The notes under the pieces are model-generated. The model was not told the DNA's origin. It ran no database searches and saw only the letters and a program-made list of their open reading frames with translations. Source: Lepidodermella squamata (taxonomy: Eukaryota > Animalia > Gastrotricha). From it: a stretch of 64,000 bases of DNA. Both the position numbers and the translations under genes were made by a program. The stretch is taken from NCBI GenBank assembly GCA_047495785.1, contig JBLDXI010000042.1:248001-312000 (forward strand), written 5' to 3'. This document shows positions 1 through 11,069 of this stretch, in pieces; position 1 is the first letter of the stretch, and every line of letters starts with the position of its first letter.

Positions 1-867
1 AGCATCGCTTGTCTTTTTAGGAGCCAATCCACTCGTCATCGAACCTACCAATTGCTTCTTAGCCCTTCTGATACAATCGTAGATTTTGTAGTAGTTCATA
101 GCGAGGAATGAAGCTGGAATGTAAACGGCAGCTGCGTAGTACATCATGATGATGAAGCCCGAGTCCAAATTGCCGACCAAACGGAAGTGATACGGCGCGC
201 AGACCCAAGCAACCCTGCCATCAGGGAACGACAGTAATTCCCGCCGCCATGTCGCATGAGGCCACAAACCGATGAAGACAGGGAGGATAATGCAAGCTAC
301 AACCATCCCAGCGACCACCCCAAGCAGTTTCTTTGTATTAGCTCGGTAATTGGGGCTGTTTGATAGGATGCAAAGCCGGCGTTCGTAGGAAATCAACATC
401 TTCGTGAATGTTCCGAACGCCCCGGTTGCGTAGAGCAGCCAATAGACGCCCTCACAGGTTCGGTCACCCAGGTCCCAGGATCCTGTATTAAGGGTCATCA
501 ATAGCCCTACAGTCTGATCACATGCGAAGAGAATGTTTCGAACGCCATCAATTGTGACCAGCATTAGAAGCTCGCGCTTCACCCCGCGTTTGAAGTAAAT
601 GTAACAGCTCATTGCAGTAGTGAAAATCACAATTATTGATGTAAAGAGGTTCAGCAGAACCCAAGGTAGACGGCTTTCGAAGGTTTCGAGGTAGAAGTTG
701 TGGTACCAGCTGATGAACTGCGGCCGGGGTCCGTTGTAGCCAGCATCGGGCAAGTAAATGCTTATCCAACCATTTTCCAAAAATTCCACTGGCCTTGCAG
801 TTTGATTCAATGCAGCGCGAATCTGCATGGATGTAAAGTTAAAAGTAGAGTTCTGAGTTGAATTCAT
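1..867 (-). CDS. Orphan class A (rhodopsin-like) GPCR, 5' part; 3' end lies beyond window start
   Basis: ATG at 867 (MNSTQNST...). Colinear with no net indel against the intact paralog 11070-12275 (867 maps to 12275, 1 maps to 11409). No stop before the window edge. Confidence 0.85.
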   Translation of the reverse strand, partial: MNSTQNSTFNFTSMQIRAALNQTARPVEFLENGWISIYLPDAGYNGPRPQFISWYHNFYLETFESRLPWVLLNLFTSIIVIFTTAMSCYIYFKRGVKRELLMLVTIDGVRNILFACDQTVGLLMTLNTGSWDLGDRTCEGVYWLLYATGAFGTFTKMLISYERRLCILSNSPNYRANTKKLLGVVAGMVVACIILPVFIGLWPHATWRRELLSFPDGRVAWVCAPYHFRLVGNLDSGFIIMMYYAAAVYIPASFLAMNYYKIYDCIRRAKKQLVGSMTSGLAPKKTSDA

Positions 868-2280
868 TGCGGGAAATAAAAAAACCGGGAATTGAAATGA
901 TCGTCAACTTTCGAGACCTAACAAGGCAGTAAAGCTTATCTGATGCTACGCAAGTGCGTCTAGAGCACTGATCTACTCGAGCTGCGAAAATCCAATTTTT
1001 TTATTAGCCATCTCACCCTAAGATCAGTTTAGCATTGATTTTACGAGAAAGTCTTAATCTTACAGAAATTGTCGTAGCAAAAAAGAGGGAACTTACTTTT
1101 GGCGTAACCAAATTTGACTGTAACGAAACCAAATTTTGGAATCTTCAACGGGCATAAAGCCCATTTTCGAAGCTTTTAGGAATGTCGGCATTTGAGTACC
1201 GAAGTAAACATGATAAGAGTGTGCAACCACATACACGAACAACTCACTTATTATACACGGTCATAACCGGATTTTACAGCTTTGAAAATCGCTTTGAAGT
1301 CGTCCTCGATCTGGAAAAATCCGTCGAAGAGAGTCAAGGATTCAGATTCACGGTGAAAACTTGAACTCCTCTGAAAAATTAACTAGTGGCTGGGGGGAAT
1401 CGGGGGATTTCTACTGTTTTATGACCTATTGTCGATCCTATTATTATTAGACAGAACCCATGGGCATCGATCGTGCGTAGGTCCAAATTTTACCATACGA
1501 TCTACGTACTTATATGGTAAAAGGTGCGATAAGGTCGAGCTCATACAATCTACCCCAGTGTTAAATTGAGATAAAGCCAGGGTCTACTTTTTTAAGACTG
1601 GGCAATGATGTCGTTTGCCAGGCGTGCCTTTCTTCTTGTGGCGAATTCAACGCCGCAATGTGGCAACGCCGTTCGCTAAGTGCTGTCGTTGCGTGAGGAT
1701 GTGTAGACATAGACAACACTGTAACAGATAGGACACCAACGATCTTTCCATAGTGAATTTATTCGAGCTGAATTTGCAAAGAGTGCGGCACGCGATTAAT
1801 TTCAAAGATAATAAAAAAAAAAGCCACAGGTACCACTTTCGAAAATTTCGGGTTTCTGCTCATCAATACTAGAAGCAGCCCTCTTTTCAATGATACCAGG
1901 TACACCTGGTAGTCCCTTATGGATAATTTTCTAAAATTCGCTAAAAAGTGCTATATTCGGTGTTTTTGGCCAAAATTGTCATTCTTCTGCCACGGTTGGC
2001 TCTTTCGGAAAAATTGTGAAACATTTGAAAACGACTTCTTTAAAAGTGAAAATAAATTACAAGAAACGGTGCGCGAAACCCGGCGTTTTAGGTTTAGAGA
2101 TGAAGATCGAGGTCTTGTTGTCGCTGCAAAAAATTGATCTTTGCGTAAACGTGCTTTTTGTGAATGAGATTTTTTGCTGATCGCTGCTAATGAAGATATT
2201 TTATGACCTCCGCACCTCATTAAAAATAAAACGAAAATCAGCCGTTTTATTCGAGCCCCGGCGTCCTAGTACGTCTCATG

Positions 2281-2400
2281 CGGATAGCGGGTAGGGCAGT
2301 CGTTGCTCGATCGATGTGGCGCTCAGGTCGCGGAACCAGCCGATGAAGTACGGCCATTGAGCCATTGAAACCACGGTCCGGCAAATCAGCCGGAATCCTC
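2281..2400 (-). pseudogene. Relic N-terminal fragment of a class A GPCR paralog
   Basis: Aligns by eye to 4850-4960 (gctcaggtcg..gccgatgaagtacggcc..gagccattgaa..c.cggtc); no flanking ORF. Confidence 0.6.
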
Positions 2401-2654
2401 GAGCTCGTGAGTGGCATTTGAGCGAGTGAAAAATACCGGCCAGTGTTTTCAGTCGACTTCTATTGCTGCGGATGATGTTTGTATCTCACCGCTTTTCTTG
2501 TCGCTTCTCAAATCGTATCTTTCACGACTCCGCTATAATTTCCAGATGAACATCACTCGTACCGCGGGGATTTTCTTATTTTTGTTTAATTAAAAGTTCG
2601 CTTTTCAAGTCATAAAAGTCTACAAGTCAACAAAAATGTTAGCGAAAACATTCG

Positions 2655-5047
2655 TTACTTTCGTCTAATCCGAATGACTTTGACCGAATTCAAAGTCGTT
2701 GCGTTTAGCCGATCATTTGCGCCACCCATTGTTTTCATTGTTTTAGTCGCACCTGGTGGCGTTGCAATGGCTACGCGGTTCGACGGTTTTAGCGTGCGAA
2801 CTATAGCTGAAGCTGCGATCTCGAACAAGATAACCGCGTGGCTGTACTTGGTCAAGTCGCCTGTCGCAAATCGAGGCCCAATCTCAGCGTAGCCCAGCTG
2901 CAAAGCAATGTGAACAGCCATCGGCAGTTGGCACACGTTGTACACGAGAACAGCAGCGACGGATTGTTTGGCGAAGAATAACTCGCGCTGGTACCACTGC
3001 GCCTCCCGATCGGTACCTTGCAGCTTTGAACGCCAGCCCAAACGAACGGAACGAATTTGAGAAAATATTTTCCTTCAATCAAACATACATAGACTGCTAT
3101 AAGGATCGCAAAACTGTTTAGGAAGGTACTTACCAATAGTTGAAAGCTAAACCAAAAGTTGTTGCTTGGATGATGATGCAGAAAACAACGAGTACCAGGA
3201 CGAGAACGTCCGAGGAACCGACGAAGCGATGCGGGAACACGCCGCACAGGTCGATGGCTGTGTTGTTGTTGACGCCATCGACCACCAGCCGCTAGTGGGC
3301 CATTATCGGTAACGGAGCAAACGTAAATATTACATTAGCGACTGCGCAAATGACGAACGAACAGGCGGCGAGAATCATCAGCTAAAACAAATTCAAATTA
3401 TAATTTAAAAACAATTCTCGTTAACGACAGCCGCTTTTATACCAAATTCGAGGCTAGCGTGTGCGTCGTTAATTAAGCCAGTGGTTCTCAAACTATTTTC
3501 GCTCCCGGCTCCCGGTCAAAAATGGCGGCCGGCTCGCGACCTTTCCGGCCGCATTGCCACTTGAACCCTCTACCGGCCGCTTGTAATAATAAAATAGGAC
3601 CTTCCCGGCCGCACGCCACTATAATCGAGAATTGAAGTTTTCGAGTGCGCTTTTAAGCGGATTGTTTATTAAATTAGGGTTTGAGCAGTGGTTCTTCACT
3701 GAATGTTTACGCGACCCCTGATTGGTCATTCAAATGAAGTCGCTACCCATCACTCTCAAAAATTCGAAAAGTGAAAGATATGTTGTGTAACATTTTGGCC
3801 AATAAATATTTGGCCTCCAAACTCCAAACTCTTAACCCGTGAATTACTTAACCTTTGCGAGCGAAGCGAGCTTTAGCTGACGATATTTTTCCAGAATTCC
3901 TTCTGAAAATGGGCTAAAAATGCGTTGAAAGGGGATTTGAGTGTTTCTCGCCGCAAGCTAGGCTAGGCCGTAAGCGATTCGTGCAGTAGACATTTCGAAG
4001 GGGAATCTAGAGCTGCGCAATTGCCTTGCAGGCTGTTCGTGAACAAGTTGGTAATTGCGTCTGGGGCTTCTCCTTATATTGACAGATTTCAAAGTGAATC
4101 AGCGAGCGAAGCGAGAAACGTTTAAGAAAATTATGGCTATTTATCTTTTGGATACGTCGAATTTTGCTGGAAACTGGAAATGAGCACAAATTATGTGAAA
4201 CCCTGGACTATTTCCCTCGAAAGAGCCGTCCGGCCGCACGCAATGCAAGAGATAGGCGGACCTCTGCCGGCCGCCAAAATGGGCCTCGCCGGCCGCATGC
4301 GCCCGGAAAAACGGGGTTTGAGAACCACTGAATTAAGCTATTTTTTTGTTCCGCTGCTATGGGAACAAAACAAAACATGACCAACTATTCCTCCGGAGAG
4401 CATAAATGCTGTTTAAACAGCCCTTTTTAGCCATTTTTAGCGATTAATTCGAGGATGTGGCATTATTAGCGACATAATGAGCGAGGAAATATCCTAAGAA
4501 GATCGCTATTTGCAAATTTTACTTTAGCCGAGGTGGGTCGATACATGCTTGACGATGTGACGCACAGCCGCCGTTCGTAGCTGATGAGAAAGTAGACAAA
4601 ATTGCCAAAAGACCCCACCGAACTCGTAATCCAGTACAAGAGCGAACAAGCGACCGGGCCGGCTTCCCAGTAGCCAGTTGGCAAAGGGATCAGCATGCCG
4701 ACGCAACTATTCAGGGCGTAGATGATGTTGCGAACGGTAAGCATGCAGCACAACAAGATGAAACTGCTGTTGACGCCGCGTTTGTAGTAGACCACCAAGT
4801 TAGCGATGCTGGCTGCTATCGCTAAGACAGCTGTTATGACAATGGTCAGTGTATACGGCAGTCGATCTTCGATTGAAGGTCGGCTCAGGTCGTGGAAAAA
4901 GCCGATGAAGTACGGCCGCGAGCCATTGAAGCCGCGGTCTTCGATGTCAGCCGAGATCCAAGCCCCGCCTCGCAGCAAATCTGCTGCTGCTGCTGCTAGC
5001 TTCGATTGAGCTGCTGCCGCTGCCCGATAAAGAATGCTGTCGTTCAT
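2655..5047 (-). pseudogene. Divergent class A GPCR paralog, intron-containing, probably pseudogenised
   Basis: Exon 5047-4523 covers the N-terminus to TM3 (ISYERRLC). Intron 4522-3382 (GT..AG) contains a MITE. The next exon LMILAACSFVICAV... has an in-frame TAG at ~3293 where the paralog has Trp. TM6/7 region (RELFFAKQSVA) lies in 2655-3041; the last splice junction could not be put in frame. Confidence 0.7.
3479..4330. mobile_element. Non-autonomous hAT-type DNA transposon (MITE)
   Basis: TIRs cagtggttctcaaac / gtttgagaaccactg; perfect 8-bp TSD aattaagc (3471-3478, 4331-4338). Confidence 0.9.
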
Positions 5048-5953
5048 CTGATGTCTTTCGGAAAATATTGTCTAGTGCTGAAATCCCAACAGCAGATCGG
5101 AGGCTTTCAACTGTCAATTCGTTCGACAGGCTACTTCCGCCGCCGCCGCGTGCTCGAATAACAGCACAGATATCCGCCCCAAGCAATCATATAGCTTGCG
5201 AATATACACGATACAGCCCAATATTCCGGAAAAAATTAAAACGTTGCTGTTTGGGCGTCACATTTCGGCTTGCTCGATTAGAGGGAAACGAGTGGGAAAA
5301 TTGAAGTTGACAGCTTTAGCTGTAAGATGATTCATTTGGACCTTGAGTAATGCTTTCGTCCGACTTCGTCCTCATTCATGCACGGCAAATATTAAGAAAA
5401 AACAGCGATTTATCGAGGTTGTCCAGGATTGCGAGCCTGAAAGCTGCCGCATTCCGTCCCGTTGGTTAGTTGAAAGGTTGGTGCTTCGTTATTTAAGCTC
5501 ATGTTATCTGCTAATTTTAGTTATCGATTGATTAAATACTGGCCAATATTTGTGAGCTATCGAGTCTTCAGCGCTGATATTTCACTTTGTCATACCTGAT
5601 GGCAGAATTGAAAGCAGGATTTGGAGTTTTCCGCTGACTATCGAGTCGCCATGATAGCGAAATGAAAAATTAAGACTGAATTTTTTGTTCGAAAACATTG
5701 TTCGGGACTTTTATTAAAATTTACACAAATACTGGCAAGATTTTAAACCGGAGACGAATGTCAATGATCTGAAAAATGCAAAGCAGAACGACATGTAGAG
5801 AAAATATTTAAACAATAAACATTAACACTTTTCATTAATGCTATTGCTTACTTCACACCAGGTCATACGTTGGTTCGATGGACCATTTTTATGAATGATA
5901 GTGATATAAAAAAAATCAAGAGAAGATCTCTATTTTCATGGTTCCTTGTATTT

Positions 5954-6113
5954 TCAAATTCCGAATTGAATAGACAAATTCAGAAGAGCTGCTGCAATTA
6001 ATGACCCTGAGACGTGGGGCGAAGAAGATGTTGCAGCTCGATCTGACGTAGGTGATGGTGCAGCAGATGCTTTCACAGAAGTTGTCGTTGCCGTTGTAGT
6101 TGCCGTTGTAGTG
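5954..6113 (-). pseudogene. 3' half of the interrupted Ly6/three-finger gene: Thr/Ser-rich stalk and GPI-signal-like tail
   Basis: Frame from 6112 reads TTTATTTATTTSVKASAAPSPTSDRAATSSSPHVSGSLIAAALLNLSIQFGI*. In frame with 10030-9288 once the element and one TSD copy are removed. Confidence 0.8.
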
Positions 6114-6154
6114 CATTATGTTTCCGATTTTCCGGGTCAAAGTCCATCGTCATC
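6114..6154 (+). repeat. Left TIR of the RAG1-like transposon, heptamer-like terminus CATTATG
   Basis: Exact reverse complement of 9242-9282. Confidence 0.95.
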
Positions 6155-6273
6155 AAGAGATGAAAGCAGCAGAAAAAAACATGGCTGCGTGGTGACTTGG
6201 TCACTTGTCTGATTCGACGCCTGTTATTGTTAAATAAAAAATCTTTTGCTCCTTTGTATAAATTTTCCGATAC

Positions 6274-7016
6274 ATGTCCGAAAAGAAACATCCTCAACAC
6301 AAACCCGGTCCCTCCGACCTCGGCGATACCGCTAGTAGGCGCAACTCTGAGCATGCGAACATCGCTTCTCAGCAGCAAAGCGCAAGGAGCTTGGCTGTTG
6401 AAAAGAACCGGCACAATTCCGCGCCAGTTGTAACACAAGATATACAAGAAGAGCCTGTGACTCCCGAGGACACAGCGATGGCATCGGCATCGTCATCAGC
6501 TGCATCTTCTAAGTCTACGAATGCTGGAAGAGCTGCGCTGAGAAAAAATCGGCAACATTCCCTAGAAGTGATTGATAATGGCAACATTGATCAGCCGAAT
6601 TTCGAGCCATCTCTGATTGACCGTATTGAGGCGACTGCGAACGAATATAAGAAGTGTAAGCTTTGTTTAATTCCATCCGACTTATTTAATATTTCTGAAA
6701 TTCAGATCACGCTCATCGTGAAAAAGTACCGTGGATATTCGATGAAGAAAACCATTTGCGCCATGCCTTCACCTCGCTGGTTAGGATGAAGAGGATCGAA
6801 GGCTGCACAGCAACAGCGCTGAAATTTTACCTTCGCGAGAACGAGCCGGGATTGTCGAGTAGTCTAGGGCGCACCGAAACAGCCATTGCTAAGCACATCA
6901 GGGTAATCGACGAAAAATTCAAGGCTGGAAAATTTGCTTTCAAATTCTATCGCGAAGATGGCTATGAACTTGTATATGACAGCGAGAGAATGCGTTACAA
7001 AGTCAACAAATTCTGA
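6274..7016 (+). CDS. Transposon ORF2: ~230-aa protein with disordered N-terminus and Myb/SANT-like domain
   Basis: Exons 6274-6655 and 6706-7016 (50-nt GT-AG intron, gtaagc..ttcag) join in frame. Motifs KVPWIFDEENHLRHAF and GRTETAIAKH resemble Myb helices 1 and 3. AATAAA at ~7043 and ~7054. Confidence 0.7.
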
Positions 7017-7130
7017 ATACTTCAGACTGAAGACGAGCATCCAATAAAGAAACAATAAAAGTGATTGATGACATTTCTCTTTTCTCTTTATTTATCTTTA
7101 ATTGGAATTGAAATGATAAGCGCACATTTA

Positions 7131-9007
7131 TCAAAAGAACAAGCTTTCCCGAATATTTACGAGGCCCAGGATTTGTCGCGGAATGGCTGAAGCATTAGTA
7201 GTATTATTCGCAATATCAGAACGCTGCTGTTTCAACATGATTTCTATCGATTCTGTCGACAAGGCGTAAAGATCGATACCTTGATCAAGATATTCGTACA
7301 CGTGCCTGGCAAGAAGATGCGCGTAGGAGGTGACTGGCCCAACAGTTCTTTGCCATGTAGATTCGAAGTTGTAAAGCATCAGTTTTCCTGCTCCAGATCT
7401 CGCCTTTCGCACATCGTCGAAAACCAGTTGCGCCGCGATGAAAAGCCTTCGAACACCGGCTAGCTTTTTCAAAAATCGGTTCTCAGGTTTAGACGAATCG
7501 CGAATGCGGTACATTTTACGAATTTGGCCACGCCAGTCGTCAGGCACAAAAAAAGCTTTCATCAACGGCTCTTGGGCAAGTCTGGTTGAGAAAGCCTTGA
7601 AAGCCTGAAAATTCAATATTTTCAACAGGTATTTCCTCAAGCTCAGAGCTCACCTTGGCAAATCCGTGATGATTGGTATTTTTTATTGTGACGCAAACCT
7701 TGGATCGAACGGTTCTCACATCAACAGTAATATTCGAGGCTTTCACTGACTGTTCAATAAAGCTTTTCAACTGGCGGATTGGGCCTTTCATCTTGAAGTC
7801 ATTCAAATTTTCGAACATCTAATCAGCAAAGTTAATAATAAATTTTATCGTCACAAGTATTCACAAACCGCTTGAAACAGTTTCCTACCAATGTTGATCT
7901 GCATGTGCAAAAAGTCGGGAATAATTATCAACTTTGGGGGGCTCAAATTAATCATTGGTTTGAAGTCTTTGGACCATCCAACTTTCCCTTTCTGATCTGG
8001 CGTGTAAAGATCAAATCGACGTTTTTTCGTTTCTCCAGTAGCGAACTCTGGAATTTTTCGAATGTCCTGAGTGCAAATAACGCAACGACAATGGCTGTTT
8101 TGATGACCACAACCTAACAATTTAACAAGAGCGGGATAGTCCGCGCAAATTATCAACCGAAACAGGTAAGCCGTATTTTTTTCCATCTCGATACCATTTC
8201 TTACGAGATTAACCAGTTCATCGACAGTGGGTTGTAGGTAATTGCGGAAATTTTCACTGGATTCCTTTCCTTTGAAGACTGCCAATTGGTACTCACCATC
8301 GCTGCCCAATTTTCGCTTTCTAGATGGCAAGCAAATATTGGCAGAGATATAACCTTCCGCCATGCTGGTTCTACCACCCATTCCGTCTATTTGAAGTCTG
8401 ATGTCATTGACGCCATTCGAGTTCACCAGGCCTTTTTCGATCCATCCCTTTGCAATTGAGAAAGCTGATCGAAAGGCTACAGCACCGTTATTTAGCTCAG
8501 TTATGTGATGCAAGGCCGATAATTCATTACGCTGCTGGAAGAAGGCTTTTCTCGGAACATCACCAAAGCCGAGCAAGGCTTTCATACCCAACACCTGCCT
8601 GACGTTTAGATTAAATTCCATACCGATTTTCACGAGGCTAAACATGTTTCCTTTAAATTTCAAATAATTGATAAATCGGCGTTCTACCTTCTAGCCCTGT
8701 TCCGTTTTTCCTCAGCTTTGTTGTGATTCTGCTGCAAAAATGGAAACACAATATCAACTGTGCCTATCGACTCATATTCGATTTGCAAACGCGCATTTTT
8801 TATCACTGCGCCATCCATCACACAGCTGAATGGCCAGGTGTGTGGAAGTAGTTCCAGAACTAAACGCTGAGCCAGCTCCGCTCGATTTCTCGCGTGTTTC
8901 TTCGTGAGGCTCGAAACAGGGCCTTTTATACGAGAAATTCTCGCTCTGCAGGTGTAGACTAAATCATCTTGATTAACGCCTTGATCACCTGAATAACGCG
9001 CAGGCAT
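7131..9007 (-). CDS. RAG1/Transib-like DDE transposase (spliced, ~560-570 aa)
   Basis: NBD-like VSSLTKKHARNRAEL; IDGMGG (D at 8385-8387, cf. RAG1 CDGMGD); KGKESSENF; ICADYPAL (D at 8139-8141); CRCVIC; PDFLHMQI; TSYAHLLARH; STESIE (E at 7242-7244). Introns at 7868-7819 and 7653-7605 are in phase. The intron at 8687-8651 needs an extra ~40-nt intron near 8770-8731 (or a frameshift) to stay in frame. Confidence 0.85.
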
Positions 9008-9241
9008 ATTGGATCGTTTAATAAACCTATAAATCGTAAACCGATAAAACACCTCAGCTATTGTATACAACTGCGATCGAGAGAATAACGCTTTCCCTAG
9101 AAATCGGCCAACGAACGGAATTACTACTCTACTATAAATGAATGGGATTAACACTTTTTTGGCACAAATTAATGATTGCGACTCAGCCGCCAGGCGACCA
9201 AGCGACCAAGTCACCAAGTCACCAGCTGCAATTTTTTGCTG

Positions 9242-9282
9242 GATGACGATGGACTTTGACCCGGAAAATCGGAAACATAATG
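9242..9282 (-). repeat. Right TIR of the RAG1-like transposon
   Basis: Exact reverse complement of 6114-6154. Confidence 0.95.
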
Positions 9283-10030
9283 TGGTGGTTGTAGTTCCGC
9301 AATCTACCTTGTTTGCAAGTGCCAAGTCCATTCGCGCGTCATTGCACAAATTACCGCAGCACGTGAAAGTAGTTTGTGACATATAGCCACGGCTGTCTGC
9401 CCGCTTCGCAATATTCGTCCCACAGGTAATATTGCCCAGCGTGCTACAACCCCACACGTAAGTTGAGGCAGGTCCCCTTGAGGTTACGCTGAAATTCGCA
9501 GAAACATCGCCGTAGGCCTTGATGCAAAGCTGTGTCTTTGTACAGTCGACATTAATCGTGTTGTCGGACGGCAAATTTGGCGACATCGAGTCGCCAGTTG
9601 ATACGTAACTCTTACATTGATGCGTGAACACCGGTCGGTCGTTGCAGCGCTGGTCCATCTGCGCGTCGTTGCAGTTATACCCACAGCAGAAGCATGTTCG
9701 CGAGTAGGCCCTTACAACAGTGCCAGCTTCGTTAGTTGCAACTGAGGTTTCGTAAATTCCGTCACAATCTGGCGCGTTTGGCAAGATGCTGACGTCAGTT
9801 GCGTTCCAAACGTAGGAAATCGTTGATATTCTCAACCCGAACGATCCTTGAATATCGACTTGAGCGAAGTTCTTCGAACACAGGAAACCAGTTGACGGGA
9901 AAGTGGCGGAAGAAGAGTCATAAGACAGGCTCGAAGTTCTTGACAGTCCTGTATAGCATTGCAATGCATCTGCAGCAGGAATAATAGCTAGGATTGCAGA
10001 AGCGATGAAACACATTTTAGAAGTATTCAT
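9283..10030 (-). pseudogene. 5' half of a transposon-interrupted Ly6/uPAR-like (three-finger) protein: signal peptide plus two Cys-rich domains
   Basis: MNTSKMCFIASAILAIIPAADA-LQCY signal peptide. Two domains ending CFCCGYNCND and FTCCGNLCND (CCxxxCN-type hallmark). Broken in the Thr run. Reconstructed ORF is 300 aa. Confidence 0.8.
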
Positions 10031-11069
10031 TTTTTCAAAATATAGGTATTGTATACAATGGAGAAAACCTGACACGAATATCTGTAAATAATGATTTTGT
10101 AGGAATGAATGATCCAAGACAAATGAAAGGCTATGTTCAATAGGATATCTCCTAATGAATAGGTTGGATGATCCATTGAGAGGCAACTCATAGTACTAGC
10201 AAACCAAGTCTCCGAAAACTGCCCACTGCTGACAGCTCATCTTGGCACTGAATCAAGTTTACACAGCAGTTTCCTAAGAATAAGAAGCAATCCAATGTAC
10301 CGTATTTTACAAATTATTAGGCGCGGGGCCCAAATATAGGGCAGAATCGGAATAAAGGGCAGAGGGCAATGGTAATTTGAAATGAATAAGCAAGGTATCA
10401 GGATGAAATTAGAAACTGCTTTAATTCGGACTTTCTTTGATAAAGGCCAGAACCGTATTAATAGGCAGAGCCTTGTATGTAGTGGTTTACATGAGCGCCT
10501 GCTGGTTAAGTGGTTAGAGTTTGATAGATTGCGATTTTTCGTCAGCAAGTGCACTAATCGTCCCTTATCCACCTTAATCGACTTGAGCAAACACTAAAAG
10601 TAAAACCATGCTAGGAAATTAATTTGGTTCATTTTGGCCGCTCTGCTCGTTCTTCTCATTTTCGCTTGAGAAATTTGTCGAATTGGTCGCTCTAACGCCA
10701 TTGACGCAATGGCTATAAGGCTCTATATATAGCTCTCTAGAGAGACCTGTTTTAAAGCCACGCTCGTATAATCTGTCGTATAACTCCCAACATTATTATA
10801 ATATCCCTAAAGCCTGCATTTTTGTCGCTTGCTGGAATGTCGCACGCCAATGAATTAATAGATTGGTAGTAATAAAGTAGGTTAGAATGTTTGGACCTTT
10901 TTATTGCCGTGGTTTATTTTTTTAATTAACGTTACGTAGGCCGTGAGCAAAAGTTTGAAAATAGCTATTTAGCCAAAATTTTCACAAAAACTGTAACATC
11001 CTCACAATATGAACCTGAAATCGGTTCAAGGTTTCAGTCGTAATTTCTGGAAAATTGGGCCGGTCTATT

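Larger units (their letters stand above)
6114..9282. mobile_element. RAG1/Transib-like two-gene DNA transposon (3,169 bp)
   Basis: Perfect 41-bp TIRs (6114-6154 and 9242-9282, cattatgtttccgattttccgggtcaaagtccatcgtcatc). 5-bp TSD tagtg/tggtg (4/5 match). Internal RAG1-like transposase. Removing it restores the host ORF. Confidence 0.9.

Noticed and set aside
6274-7016. ORF2 as a RAG2-like gene
   Set aside because: Position and orientation fit, but it is only ~230 aa with no kelch GG repeats and no PHD Cys/His pattern.
8684-10186. 500-aa ORF as one ordinary gene
   Set aside because: It is a chimera of the host Ly6 5' half, the transposon terminus and transposase exon 1; the TTG start upstream of 10030 is unsupported.
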